NCBI RefSeq assembly: GCF_040938485.1
Contig: NW_027270960.1
Coordinates: 1,984,001-2,048,000, forward strand
Source of the DNA: Diadema antillarum
Taxonomy: Eukaryota
DNA length: 64,000 nucleotides
Reading direction: 5' to 3'
Positions 1 through 13,318 of this stretch are shown piece after piece (position 1 is the first letter of the stretch; each line of letters starts with the position of its first letter). The translations under genes and the position numbers were made by a program. Below the pieces are notes generated by a model, which saw nothing but the letters and a program-made list of their open reading frames with translations, made no database searches and had not been told where the DNA came from.

Positions 1-10
1 TCTCTGTTAA

Positions 11-95
11 TTACTGTACTCTTTACGAGACTTGCGAATTCAACCACTCACAAAATTGTCGAAAAGTCCCAATTCGTGAAAAATTAGACTCGCTT
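11..95. mobile_element. Partial MITE fragment related to the TACTGTA-ended family at 5613-5804
   Basis: Contains TACTGTA and the motif AATTCGTGAAAAATTAGACTCGC, resembling AATTCGCGAAAATATCTGTACACG of the 5613 element; no second end seen. Confidence 0.3.
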
Positions 96-3000
96 AACTT
101 AACACATGGCATACACACAGTGGTTAGTCATGTGAAAGGAAAATTTATGTGACAAGAGGAAGGGTACAATTGGTCTTTGTTATTAGTATGCTCAGTTTCT
201 GCATGACCACCTCAGTCTCATGTCTCATTCATCATTCATGCCACCATTTTCCCCTTTTGCAATATTAATTGAAAGTGGTATCGCATGAAATACGAGCTAC
301 GATTCTCTTTGTTGACAATTTTTGCGCCTGATTGAAAAGAGCATGGGCATTACAGAATTTATAAAAAGAATGTATCAACTAGTACAATTGGTCCATGTAA
401 CTCTGAATTATGATATTTTTTAATCCTCCCCCCCCCAAAAAAAAAAAAAAGACAGAGAAAGTATTATGACCATGTGTGACACTGATGATTATATGCATTG
501 TGTACACATTTAGAATTTATGAGATTCAATTTCTGTGCAATTTCAATTTGTCATTTTTCATGATCCTTGGTACTTTTGTTATTTTGATTATAACAATCTT
601 TTCTAAAGGCTGTGAAACTTAACTAGCATATGTCTAATCTCAGTTCAAGGCTGAAATGGACAGAGCATCCTTGTCATATTTATGACGATTTGTTAGCTTC
701 ATTGTGTTGAAAGCATTTATTTGATATGCAGAGAAAGGGTGTGAAAAGGCATGGAATGATTCGTGGTAAATAGGTAACAGTTTAACCTTGTGGTGGGGTA
801 CTCTAGTAATTAGTTACTTGCCCACTAAGCTGATTGAAAATGTTTCATAGATGTTAATCAGTATATGCCTCTTTGACATACTTAGTATTCAGAAAATGAA
901 TTGTACTGTAGGTGTGGTAATCTGCATTTGTAAGCCCATGTGTGGTGGCCAATATTTTTGTTACTTGATGACAAAATTAATAACCAATATATACCAGCAT
1001 TAATTTCCTAATTTCTAGGGCACAAAATTCAGTAATTCATACGATTCCATGCCTACTTTCATTAATTGTAACATATGTATAGAACAGTATTTCAAAATTT
1101 TCAATTCTGTGTTGACATATTGGATTTGTTTTTGTTTTGTTTTTATGTGATGAGCTACACTAGCCTACTGCATGTTTTTAAGGTAGTGTAGATTGTTTTA
1201 AACTGTATGTGAATAGAAAGGGAAGAAGATGGAGAGAGGAAAGGAGGAAGAGGAAGAGGAGAAGAAGGAAAGTCCACTTTCAGATGATAGATGTTAGTCA
1301 ATCTCCACTTGACTGAACTGAAAATTTCACTTGGCCACTGTGCCTGGTGTTCTGTGACAGATTCAGTGTCTCTTCAAGCCATCAGCTTTATGTGGTTAAG
1401 ACTTTCCCTCTTTAGCTCTTCTTTGAGGGAACACAACTGGAACAAGATGTGACCTGTTGCCCAATACAGCCGCGTTATCCTCTCCAGTGCTTGAAACAGT
1501 AATGAACAAGTGAGATGGAGTTTCCACTAGGCTTGATATGATACCGGAGAATTGACATAATAAACGATTGTTATCCAATTATCCCAAATCATGTGGTTTC
1601 TGCTACTGTTTATTCACATTGATTCAGAGCTCTGCAGAAAACATCTGCCTACTTTCTGCCGCTAAATTGCATTTCCCCTTCCCTTACCTCGCGTGTGCCT
1701 TTTCTTGCGATTCACCATAGATTTTTCCCCTATTATTACCATCGGGCCTGTGGCTCTTTTTACTTTACTTTGCACAGAAAAAGGAAAGCAAAACAGAACT
1801 CACCTAATTGAATAACGCCCCTCTGGAACCAAAACCGCACCGCCTGGTTGCAAATGAAAATGTGGTCTGTCTCCGCAGATTGTGTGGCTTTATCCCAGCA
1901 AGGAGACTCTTGCGCTAGAGTGGCTGTTTTATGCTTTACAAAGAGCCCAAACTTTGGAGGTGGGTCTCCAAAATTTTGTGGTGAAACTGTGATTGAAATT
2001 AAATTGTTCCTCAACTTTAAACTGCAAGTAAAGGAAATGTGTCACTTAGCACAGCTTTGACATGCAGGCACCAGCCCTTGACCTAAAAGAACTTAAGTGT
2101 ATAATACAATAGCATGCAGGGTAGGATGCAAGTGTATTTCTTTTTTCCTGTTTAGACCTCTTGCCTTACTTTTGATACACCATTTTTTCCCAAATATGAC
2201 TTTTGATATATATTTTGTCCAAACATGAAAAAAAAAAGAGAGGAAAAGACAGAGCAATGTAGCATTGAAAGTTTCTTAAGTCTTAGTGACAATCACAGAA
2301 ATGAAAGTGCACTTCTGACTGCTGGAAATTCAGTTTCATGGTGCAATATGTTTAGAGGTATAGGCCTACTGTATTACTATATGCAGTATACTGTATATTA
2401 CTCATATTGTGGGTTGACTGATAGTCACAAAACTAAGAATTCCCCAAAATATTGCCTCCTGTAATACTTGCACATTTTATAATGTATCTAAGGTGTGAAA
2501 TTGTTCATTTTCCTCTGAAAAAGGGACGATATTTTTGTTTTCAAACCATTATGGTTCTCAAATTGCAAATTCAAGCAGATGCAAAATTGCCTTGCAAGTC
2601 CCACTTTGCAAGATAAACTTGTGAATTATGTGGCATATAGAGTAAATGTGTTTCAAGATATGCAATATTATTTCAAGCCTGTGTACATATAACCCACAAG
2701 CTTGTGAGCATGAGATGGTGAGATGGAGTCTTGATATCTTAATTTGGGCAGCACAGACAGTGTCTAGATCTCTGACATTGTGCTTTAGTGCTTGATTGAC
2801 ATCGTCAGCTTACCCCAACCTGATGTAAGTGGGCTTGTACCAAGGAGGTACCAAAGAGGTGTGATATCTCTTTGGTCGTACTCAGAGAAGATAGACCTGT
2901 GTTGTCCCCTTTCTATGTCTGCAACAATTCACCCCCTTCTAACAATGAATCATTTGATTGTAAATTGCTGCATAATTGCGTCAAGAAAGAGTCTAGGAAA

Positions 3001-3392
3001 CTTGAAGTCCAACGTTTGATAGGAGAACTAATGGAAATTCATTCAGAGAAAGAGAGGCCTGATTTGCTGGCTTTACTCAAACATATGATTATATATAAAT
3101 GTTAAAAAAAATAAAACCATGGCGTGGTGCTATGTGACATCTTTGATAATAAGCCATTTAGATACATTTTGTGATTAAAATGTAATATTATGTTGCTATA
3201 TTATCTTTGTGAACAAAAAATTTATTATATTTCTGCCCGCACCTGCTGTTGGGTATAAAACAAAGCATCAGCAAGTTTACTATACAGTTCGTATTCGAAT
3301 ATTTTAGTGCCGAAACTGCAAAAGGGACATCTATATGTTACATGCATTGTAACATTATGTTCATCCCTTAAATACCACCCAATCTCAGAGAC

Positions 3393-3678
3393 TTGTATCA
3401 AGGGTGTTGTTAGTCAGAAGTGACTAGTTTCTACTGGGATGCCAAGTTTTCAGGCCAAAGTCTGAATTCAGGCCTTGTGAAAGTATCAAAGTTCGGGTCC
3501 TTTTCGAGTGCTAAGTGGCTTCATGTAGATGTATTTCAGGCCCTCTCTTTACAGTCATTCTGTCTGGCATCCCTGCTTCTAGAATCAATGCCTAGTTCAT
3601 GCTAATTTTCGTCCAAGCACTTTCCCGTAGTTTCCCCCCCCCCCCTCAAGTGTCAAGTGCTGGCTACCCTTGATACAA
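3393..3678. mobile_element. Possible degenerate MITE bounded by 13-bp inverted repeats
   Basis: TTGTATCAAGGGT (3393-3405) and ACCCTTGATACAA (3666-3678) are exact reverse complements; weaker inner IR GGGATGCCA/TGGCATCCC; no TSD seen. Confidence 0.35.
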
Positions 3679-5612
3679 TTCAAAGCAGAGCTTTCGTGAG
3701 AGTATTCATTACTCTTTATAGAGCTGGAGAACAATGCTACCGTGATTTCAAAAAGGGGTATTTACCAGTGGTGTCAATGGATACATCCCTGATAAATGGA
3801 CAGAGGTAGGGAACCATGAAGGATATGAAAATATTTGGATTTCACATAATGATAAATCGCCCATGCCCTCTGCCGTTGTGGAAAAGCGACTGGATTGCGT
3901 GAGAAGCGGCAAATCAAAACATTCTATGTTTCCGAGTCTGCGATTTCTGAAGGTCGGGTCGGTCCCTGCACAATGATGACAAACTTCACAGGATTTTCTG
4001 GGTGCACATGTGCACCAGTGAGTAAAGTAACACTTGGGATGTTTTCATGAGGACTAATAATTACTACATCCTTTCATTTCTTATGAAATGAAGTGGTAGA
4101 TTAAAGTTCTGGATGCAAGATGTCAGTGCAGCATGAAACCCTTGGCTCAAGACTAGAAATAATGCAATAGGTATGACAGCATCTTATATGTTCCTAAATC
4201 CAGGATATTGTGGAGGTACATATGTGTAAACTAAATGAGAAGAATTATATTTTGCAGAGCATTTGTGAATGTAATGATGCAATCAGCTGTTTAGCAAGGC
4301 ATCTGCCATATTCTTCGGCTTTAATGGCTGCTCTTCATCGTATTCGGCTGCAAAGGACTTTCTACCAGTGCATTCTATTGTAATGCAGTCCTTACATCTT
4401 CATTAGATATGGCAGTATTATCGAATGCTTAAGTAGGGAATATGTAAAACAGAAGTTGATCTCTCCTAGTTGTTTTTGTGTTAATCAGAAACTCTCGCAA
4501 CTACCCATGGTTATTCTTCATAGTGGAAGAATGAAAACTTGGCAATACTTTAATATTCAGCTCTTTTATGAAACATGCACTGGCAGGTATAGCTATCCCT
4601 GCACATGATGAATCAGCAAACTTGATTGATCTGTTATTTTGTTTTGTCATTATAAACTACTTGGTGAAGATGTTATTTATTTAAACTTTTGGCACACAAT
4701 GTAAGAACTTGTTGTGAGTAAGGAGATTGATGATTTTTTTTAAATATTTCCAGTGGGCTGTCCAATTACATGCCATTGTAACTTGCTGCGTGCTCAGGAT
4801 CTCGAGTGTAGCCTAAATGTGGGCTCCCCTGTTAAAGATAGCTGCCTTTAAGAGCAAGGATACCAACTGAGTTGTCTCTGTAGATATTTTTGCAACAAAG
4901 AGCATTGCCAAGATCCAGATATTGTGTTTTGACAGTCATTAGCTTTCCCTCCATAAAGGCTGAGTTATAGCCCAAACCTGTATTCTCACGTTATTCATGG
5001 GAATAGGGGCACGAGGCATACAAACAGTGCATCAGTTGTTCAAAACACACCCCAGCATCCACCTCATTTTCAGGCAGGCCTAATGTAGCATGAAATTTGC
5101 TTCTCTTCCTAACTGCGGCGATCACTTCATCTTCGATACTGACATGAACTGTATATTACCCTGCACAATGTCGGCATAAAGAAATTGAATCATGGAAAAA
5201 TCAACTGTTTTTGTATGGGTTTATTCTTTTCCTTAAGAGGGCGATCATTCAACTTACAGATGGGGACCCAAACCATCAGTATGCATGTCGGGTCAGACAT
5301 GGGATGGAATTGGTTTCCAGATATTCATCTCTATCCACGCTTTTATTCACTTTTGTTCAGATTATTGCTTCCACAACTCATTGAGTATATGGGTAAATGG
5401 TCCAAACATGAATCTTACGCCAAGGAATAATGGGGAAATATTGTGTTTTTTTTTTCTCCCCTTTTTTTTTGGGGGGGGGGATGGGAATGGGAATGGGGGA
5501 TCCTGCAGTCTGAATGAGTTTGTGTTGGAGAATGTGCAAAATGAGGAACTGGTGCAAGCGTGTTGATTAGCTCCGTATTTAGGTGTCCTGCTTTGTGTGT
5601 GTTTGTGCCCTA

Positions 5613-5804
5613 TACTGTACAAGCTGAAATTTTTGTGGTGGTTTTATTTATCGCCTTTGAACCGTGAAAATAACAACATGCGAAAATAACAACGCGCGAA
5701 AAAGTAAATTCAGTTAGACCCTCACAACTGCGAACACGCGAAAATGTCCTCCAAGTAGCAATTCGCGAAAATATCTGTACACGAAAATTTCAGCTCGTAC
5801 AGTA
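5613..5804. mobile_element. TA-flanked MITE (TACTGTA...TACAGTA ends)
   Basis: Left TACTGTACAAGCTGAAATTTTTGT vs reverse complement of right end TACTGTACGAGCTGAAATTTTCGT (22/24); internal repeated CGCGAAAA motifs. Confidence 0.8.
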
Positions 5805-6204
5805 ATTCTTTTTTTTTTTTTTAGTAATGTAGTGTGTCATGTATCTTTCTGATTCTCCTTTATTTTTCTCCTCATTGAAAGGCATGAAAGTACCTTGTTG
5901 ATGTGTGCTGATGCCATGCAGATGCTAGAGGGGATGATAATGTGTACCAGTAACTGCTGTGGGAAATACAATGGAATCAATACTGCAAGGTTATGTGTAT
6001 TTCAAGGGCATCCCTTGCATGAGATGAGTAGTCAATTTAACATGTGGGAGAGCCTGGCCTGCAAAAGACATCAACATTTGTGGTTACTTTCTGCAGTGTG
6101 CAGACATTTGTGGTCAATTAGTGTATTGGGGCAGGCATAGCAGCATCAGAATTTGCGTTGCTAAATTTGCACAAGAGTGGTTCAGTAGTTAGAGAATATT
6201 GATG

Positions 6205-6357
6205 NNNNNNNNNNNNNNNNNNNNNNNNNNNNNNNNNNNNNNNNNNNNNNNNNNNNNNNNNNNNNNNNNNNNNNNNNNNNNNNNNNNNNNNNNNNNNNNN
6301 NNNNNNNNNNNNNNNNNNNNNNNNNNNNNNNNNNNNNNNNNNNNNNNNNNNNNNNNN
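6205..6357. other. Assembly gap (153 N)
   Basis: Run of N. Confidence 1.
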
Positions 6358-7112
6358 CACTCCTTGTTTCATGCCAAACTTTACTGTCACAAGGAAGTAT
6401 GTACCGTTATGTGAATATTAGAGTTTGGGTCTTAAACAGAAATTAACTCATTGCAGGCATGTAATGATGTGGTTTGCCATGACTTGACATTCGATTTCCA
6501 GCCCTATTCCTGATTTAGACCTCAGAAGAGGTGAGACTAACATCTTTGTAACCACTACTAGTAGTACAGGACAGGCTTGTGGCCTACATTAGTTTCATTC
6601 ACACTGACCAAATAGCGGGATTTTGATCACAGTCAAGATACAGAGATTTTTTATTTTTTTTGCAGCTGGTCAGATGGACAGAAATATCGGGCTAATTGCT
6701 GATTGCAATAATTTGTTGACCAAACTGAGCATGCCCAAGATCTACCGGAATGGTTACCTTTGACCTTGTGTTCGAACACTGTCTTGATGTGTGTTTTGAA
6801 TGACTGGATAAAAAAAATCTCCAGATTCTTTTTTTATGTCTACACAGGCAAAAATTTTGAGATTTTGACCATGATGCAAATCTTGAGATTTGTTTCCTGC
6901 AAATACATGTCAGTTTGAAATTAATATCTCATTTTGCAGTACCACTAGGCCAAGCTGTGGGGTACTTACACAACAAGCCAGTAGTCTGTGATTACTAGAC
7001 CTTACATGCTTCTGCCATCTGCTGACTGATGATCCAGCCACATTGCAATGAATATTCATATCTCATTGAGCTGCATGTCAATGAATGTTTATCTCAGCTA
7101 GCACTATGTGTG

Positions 7113-7118
<6 letters not shown>

Positions 7119-7157
<39 letters not shown>
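7119..7157. repeat. (CA)n microsatellite
   Basis: Pure CA run. Confidence 0.95.
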
Positions 7158-7159
<2 letters not shown>

Positions 7160-7432
7160 ATATAAGTCATAGAGCCCCCAGATGTACAGGGCTAAGATGA
7201 CTGTGCCCAAGTAAAGAAAGATTAGCTCCTGTAAGCAGAGGATTAAAGACCAGCATGTGAATATAGCATTATTCATTACCTATAATGAAGAGAACAAAAG
7301 AATAAATGTATTGATGGGACTGAACAGTGGAAAAGATATCACAAGAAAACAAGTTGAGAAATTCTAATCTTTGTCATTTAGGTTATAAAAGTATAAAGAT
7401 TTAACAACATTTGAATTAACCCCCCCCCCCCC

Positions 7433-7465
<33 letters not shown>

Positions 7466-8105
7466 ATGAGGATTTTACAGATGGTTATTTCACAGGCAGA
7501 TGCTGCTGCTTTCAGCCAGAATTCAGCAAAAATGAAAATAAGGATACCCTGCAAAAGTGTGGCTTCAGTCCTTACATTTGGTAGTTTTAAATCCTTAAAT
7601 AGGAAGAGACGTATGATTATGTGTCAGTGATAGGTGATGACGAAAATTCAGGGGGCCTTTATGTAACACGCTGTCCTTGAATCAATCAGGGTGATTATAG
7701 TATTCAGATTTGACAAATTTTTAATGGCAAGTTGATCGTTATGTGCAGGGCAGAAGGTCAAGCTGTGTTGTAGCCAGAAAGTTAAGACAAATTTTATTTT
7801 ACTGCACTGTTTGACTGTCACTTCTTAGTGAGCTTCCGAAAGCACATTTGAACTTACAGAGCGCACACCTTACTTCAATTGAATTCTCAAAAACCTTCTC
7901 TATCAGTGAGAGTGAGGGGAAAATACTCCCATAGAAAAATAGTATCATGGCATCATGGCACTTTTTTTTTATTTACAGATTCTTCTTCCTTTTTGTGAGC
8001 CATTATAGCTTTGTTTATTTTTTAGGCATCATTTTTTTCCAGCTCAGAATTTTATCATGCAGTTTTGTTTTCATTTGCTTTTTCATTTGCTTACATGTTG
8101 TTACA

Positions 8106-8408
8106 CAGAGACTCCAACTCTCCCGTTTTCGACGGGAGATCTCCTGCCGAAAGTCCATTTTTGCAAAATCTCCCTTTCTCCCGTTTGAGATTTGATTTCT
8201 CCCGCCCTGGCTCTGTGTCTCCCGGTGGAAAGGATTTCTTACTTATTGCTATCGTATGTTGACAAAATAAGCCTTAGATAGCACCAGAGAACATCTAGGA
8301 CCCTACGAACTTCGCGCTTCGCACACATCAACTTGCAGTCTCCCGTTTGCTAGGGGTGTCGGGCGGGAGAATCTCCAGATCAGAAGTTGCTTGGGGTTGG
8401 AGTCTGTG
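8106..8408. mobile_element. MITE with CAG-start 13-bp TIR and 7-bp flanking direct repeat (hAT- or P-like)
   Basis: CAGAGACTCCAAC vs reverse complement of right end CACAGACTCCAAC (12/13); TGTTACA at 8099-8105 and 8409-8415; many internal TCTCCCG motifs. Confidence 0.75.
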
Positions 8409-9499
8409 TGTTACATGTTTCCTTGCATCAGGCCTCATTGTGTGACATTACTGTATCTTTAGCCATATTTCCATAATCTTCCTTGATTGGTCTAATTTTT
8501 TGTGTGTGTAGAAATAAGATTCTATAAAGTATTGTAACAGTGTGATAGTGACATAGACTGAAAGATGCTCCAGTGTGAACAAGAATTGTACACATGAAAT
8601 GCAAATTCAGTTGTTTGGTTGTGGTAAGGTATGTGAAATATCACGCTATATAGCGGGACACAGCCCCAGATGTTCACAATGCATAAACTATGTAACATGC
8701 GCAGCATAGCCAGTGACACAGAAAAACGGTGAGAAATTCTTCATACTGTGCAGATATTATGGGCAAGGAGTGGTGTGGTTCCCCAACCATCTCTCCAACA
8801 AACACAAAAAGAGTTCCATGTTGTTGTTGTCTTTGAACCGCAGCATAGTGTAATTAGTGTTCATTGTTCCACTGCTGGTGCGCCAGATGACTCTATTCAT
8901 CTAGGGCAGTCAGCTGTATACAACCATCCAGAAAGAAAAATCATTCAGTCTATAGCCAGTGACCTTGGCCATTTGAAGTGCATTTCATTCAGTCTTGTAG
9001 GGTTCATGGAGCACTAAACAATAAGATCGTTCAAGCCGTGAAATGACAAATGTGCTGAATAATCTAAGCAACTATGATCTAGAATGATCACGTAGAAACC
9101 AAGCTCGTCTGTTACATTTCTTTTGCTTTGATTGTGTGTGCGTGTGCATGTGTTTTCAAAAGCAAACCTTCAGCCATGTCAAGAAAATGTTGGTATATAA
9201 CAATGTATTTGTAGTGTGCTCATGGATGCGATTTCAAATCCAATCCATCATTTGATCAATCCATCATTCAATCTATCCATCATTCCATCCATCTATCAGT
9301 CAGGCAATCATTTAATCATCAGTATCATCATTACGTGATCACATGTGCTCTTTGGAAGTGTCATCCATCATGGTAATCACCATCACTTTGTCAAGGATTT
9401 CCCTTTGAAATTCATTTTCTTCATAATATGCCTCGATGTGGAATTCTTTTCATGTTCATATGGAGCATAAACAAGATCTCTGATCAGAGCAAATTGTAG

Positions 9500-9681
9500 T
9501 ACAATGCACTCCTGAACACGGTTAAAACGAAATTCTGGTTACCACGAAGTAAAAATTCAAGCGGCAACATTATCCGTTCTATGTATTTTTATTGTTTATA
9601 TGTTCGGTTATAACGAAATTTCGATATAACGGTAGAAAACTGCTGGTCCCAAGGACTTCCTTATAATGGGAGTCCACTGTA
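9500..9681. mobile_element. Tc1/mariner (Tigger/pogo-like) MITE, degenerate
   Basis: Left TACAATGCACTCC vs reverse complement of right end TACAGTGGACTCC; internal TTATAACGAA motifs; TA ends. Confidence 0.6.
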
Positions 9682-9715
9682 CGACTGATACAGATCATCT
9701 TTTTTTCTTATGAAA

Positions 9716-9741
<26 letters not shown>
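9716..9741. repeat. (TG)n microsatellite
   Basis: Pure TG run. Confidence 0.9.
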
Positions 9742-9749
<8 letters not shown>

Positions 9750-10589
9750 CTTGTATGTACGCACTTGTACAATTGGCCATGCAAAAAGTGACAACTGACA
9801 AGATTGTTTTCGATAGATTGTCCTTTCCCTTTTTTTAAATTCATTCTATGATTGACACTTTAGTGCACAAATATGTATTGATTATGTGTTCAAAACAGAA
9901 GGGTAGAACGAATGACTGAAAATTTTTTGAGAAACATATGGAATGTCAACCTCTAGTTTCATAAAGTCAGCTTTATTTGTGTCAGTTTCATACTTGACAG
10001 AAATAACAAAATTGTAGCTAAAAGAATACAAATAATTTCCACTGTGTTAGTACACCCATTGTCTTCATGTCCTTTGATTGAAATCATGTTTGAGATACCT
10101 TTTTACAACTTTTTCAGTAACTGTGTATATTACTGCAATGATATAATTTCTCTCATTTAATACACAAGCATAAAAATGCATGTGTGTTACAGCAGAACTG
10201 ATTTTTAGAGTCACCATTTGGATACATCTTGTTGATGAAAACTGGTATCTTTAATGTGTATTTTGTTTTGTTTGAAAACTGGTGGGGGGGGGGTCATGTG
10301 TGTGTTGTTATACCTCAGAAGTAAAGACAGAATGAGTTGTTGAGATATTAGCCCCCTCTCAGTTATCAATAGGCCTAGAGAGAAATAGTAAAAAAAATCT
10401 GATGAGAGAAGACAGAGAAAAGTATTAAAAAAAAGAAAAGAAAAGAAACAATTTTCTGGTTTGTTGGGTCAAAGTCAGGCATTTTGACACCGTATACATT
10501 TGAGTAGTTTAGCCCCAGGAAATAGACCTTGTGTGTTGTCATGATATCACCACACACAGCAGCTACTCTGCATATATCCCCCACCCCTG

Positions 10590-10682
10590 TTAACCCGTTG
10601 AGGACGAGTCGCGAGTATACTCGGGCAAGTGTCTATTGAAAATGCATGTAGTAGTAAAATCAGTCCGTCCTCAACGGGTTAA
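10590..10682 (+). mobile_element. 93-bp piggyBac-like MITE, copy 1 (strand = arbitrary family orientation)
   Basis: TTAA|CCCGTTGAGGACG ... CGTCCTCAACGGG|TTAA perfect 13-bp TIR; TTAA TSD and CCC..GGG termini are piggyBac hallmarks. Confidence 0.85.
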
Positions 10683-12839
10683 CCATCAACACACTGCCTA
10701 CACCATCCATGTCAGTCAAAGAAAAAGAAGAAAAAGGAAAAAAAGGGGAAATAATCAACTCGAATATGATGAGTAAAATGACATTGTCCACAAAATGCTC
10801 ACAGATTCTGTATGATTCTAATTTCATGATTATTCACAATTTACTCTACTAAGGAGCATACGGGTGGGAAGGTAAATGATAAAAAATGTGAAGCAGAGAA
10901 GTCACTCGGAACAATCATATTCTATTTGCCATTTCCAAGATAACAGAACCCAGAAATAGTGTTGAGAGTCATGCTAGTACATGTATTCTAAGGATGAGTG
11001 ATTAATTGGCATTTTCTTGATTTTTACCCATTTCTAGCCAGTTGAGAAATGAAAGTTTTCAGGTAAATTCTGTCAGTAGAATATGTGCAAGAAATCTGCA
11101 AGTAGAACAAGTTTCTGAAGTGTGAGATGGAGGGTTGCCTGCTTGTGATGAGCCTGTGCCCTCTACCATCGTCATTTTCCTCCCGCAAGACTCAACCCTG
11201 ACTCACTGTACGGGTCAGAGTCCAAATTCCGTGAAAAAGTATGATAACCAGGTTTAGAGTTCTTAATCACCCCTTTCCCATTTATGGTCCCCACAATACA
11301 GCCGGGGCAGCCAAGTTTATGGACCCCTCTACAGATCGGTGGCATTTTAAGAGCGGAGTGTTGTGATTTGTCCCGAAAGTTGAATGATTAGTTTTGTTTG
11401 TCTGTTGATGCAATATAATGGCCGAAGGAGACAATTCCTAACTGTGGAGGATTTCATCACCTCATTTTCGTCAGTGGCGATGTCGTATATTTGGCCATTT
11501 ACGTACCCTTCATAACCCTTGTCAGACGCATACATCATACCCATCGTCTCACAAGTGAGTTATTACCATGCTGTCATGAGTAATCCCATCATTGTCAGCC
11601 AGGGTGGTATGGTGGAAAACAAAAATTCTTTGTGTGGTACTGCGTTGATTTGTGCAATCTTAATTTAATGCTGTGTAGGCAAGAATTCATACATGCATCA
11701 ACAGGAACCATTCTTGGACAGGACAAAACTATGAATTGTAGCAGAGATGCCATTTTCCATTCCATCAGCATCATAAAGAGGAAGAAGAAAAGAGCCAAGA
11801 AAGGGGCTTGAAACCTTTGCCCTACATGCAGGGTTGGAGGCAAGAAGGACACATCTCTCGCCATGTGTGTAAAAAAAGTCATATATAACAGCGCTTAGAT
11901 TTTGGAGAAGCCAAAAGATGTAGCCCTGAACAGCAACTACATACTGAATATGTCTAATGGGAATGTTGTGCCCTCTGAAGATTGCTGCCAAATTTGAGAA
12001 TTTCTGAAAGTACTCTATAATGAAGCAAGTTGGTATCCAAATTAAAGTGAAGATGACAGTTGCATTCTGCCAGTTAAGGCTTCCCTTGATGTATAGCTCC
12101 CTCTCTTGGTTTGTTTAGGAAAGATATCATTTGATGTCAAATTAGATAGAATTACCATTTAGCTGCATCAACATGTGATTTCATATGACTTTGGTTTCAA
12201 GACAAGCTACATATTGTGTTTTATACTATCCATCTGCTGTGAAGGGCTTGAAGAGGAATTCCGGACCAGTAACAAGTTAGTCCCAAAAGAAAGAATGAGA
12301 TTTTACAACCACAACAGAAAAAAGGAATCTAAATTTGATTACAAGTAAAGGTGTCATGAAAGTTTGAAGATTTTCTAATTTCCTGCAAAACAGTTCTTGA
12401 ACAGTTGATATGAATGTCAAATGAGTGAACTGGTGATGTCATGACATGTTTTTGTTGTTGTTGTTGTTGTTGTTTTTTTTTTTTGATGGGGGTACACATT
12501 ATAGTAGGCATAAAAACAATTGTGCAGCAAGTACTAATGTACATAACCTATACAGTATGCCGAGTATAGATGAATAACTGTAATTCTGTTGGAATGTTTG
12601 TTTGTTTTTTGTTTTTTCAAACTGGCTAGTGCAATGAAGAGCTGATAGGATTATGTTAGTAAACTTTTCGTTTGATATATATATATATTTTTATCAGTGT
12701 CACAAAATGTACCATACTGACTTCTGTCTTGGCAATTCCTGAGAGACATTAAGGATCCTGAGAATACCATTTGTTTGGTAGTCGTAGAATGACAAGGAAT
12801 TATGCACACTGTAGTATTGAGGACAAATGCATCTGTTGA

Positions 12840-12932
12840 TTAACATGTTGAAGGCGAGTCCCGAGAATACTCGGGCAGGTGTCTATGGGAAATGCATGTT
12901 ATAGCAAAATCAGTCCATCCTCATCGGGTTAA
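12840..12932 (+). mobile_element. 93-bp piggyBac-like MITE, copy 2
   Basis: Same body as 10590 (CCCGAGAATACTCGGGCAGGTGTCTATGGGAAATGCATG); TTAA at both ends; right TTAA shared with the next element. Confidence 0.8.
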
Positions 12933-13318
12933 AGGGATGGTATAGTATTGGTGGAGATGAGGATTGGGCTTTTAACTTTTTGCAAGATACCAAGAAAGCA
13001 CCTATGAAATAATATATAGCATATTATTCTGAGAGGTATTCAAAGTTTATTAGGTGAATATTGGTTTTGGTATGGCTGAGACATCCAAAAACAAAGTATA
13101 ACAAAGTGATCCTAATAAAAGGTGGGTTCCACCTTTTATTAGAATTGCTTTGTTTTGGATATCTCAACCATTTCAAAACCAACTTTCATCAAATAGACAT
13201 TGAATCCTTCCTGGAATTATATGCTCTTGAATATTTCATAAGAGGTTTCTTGTTATCTCACCAGAAAATGTTAGAAACCTGAAGTTAGGTCTCAACCACA
13301 ACTATACGATCCCTTTAA
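12929..13318. mobile_element. Kolobok/T2-like MITE, family A, copy 1
   Basis: TTAA|AGGGATGGTATAGT ... ACTATACGATCCCT|TTAA; body similar to 33268-33643; long imperfect internal IR. Confidence 0.8.

Noticed and set aside
2960-3105. Protein-like frame ending ERPDLLALLKH (death-domain-like)
   Set aside because: No good splice sites and the similarity is anecdotal
7158-7279. Resemblance of LQELIFLYLG to TMEM216
   Set aside because: Only a few hydrophobic residues match and the flanks do not align; no symbol assigned
11420-11556. Exon-like segment ending in CAA|GTGAGT, with a DKGY motif on the minus strand
   Set aside because: No clean acceptor or recognisable protein; DKGY alone is too short to call a transposase
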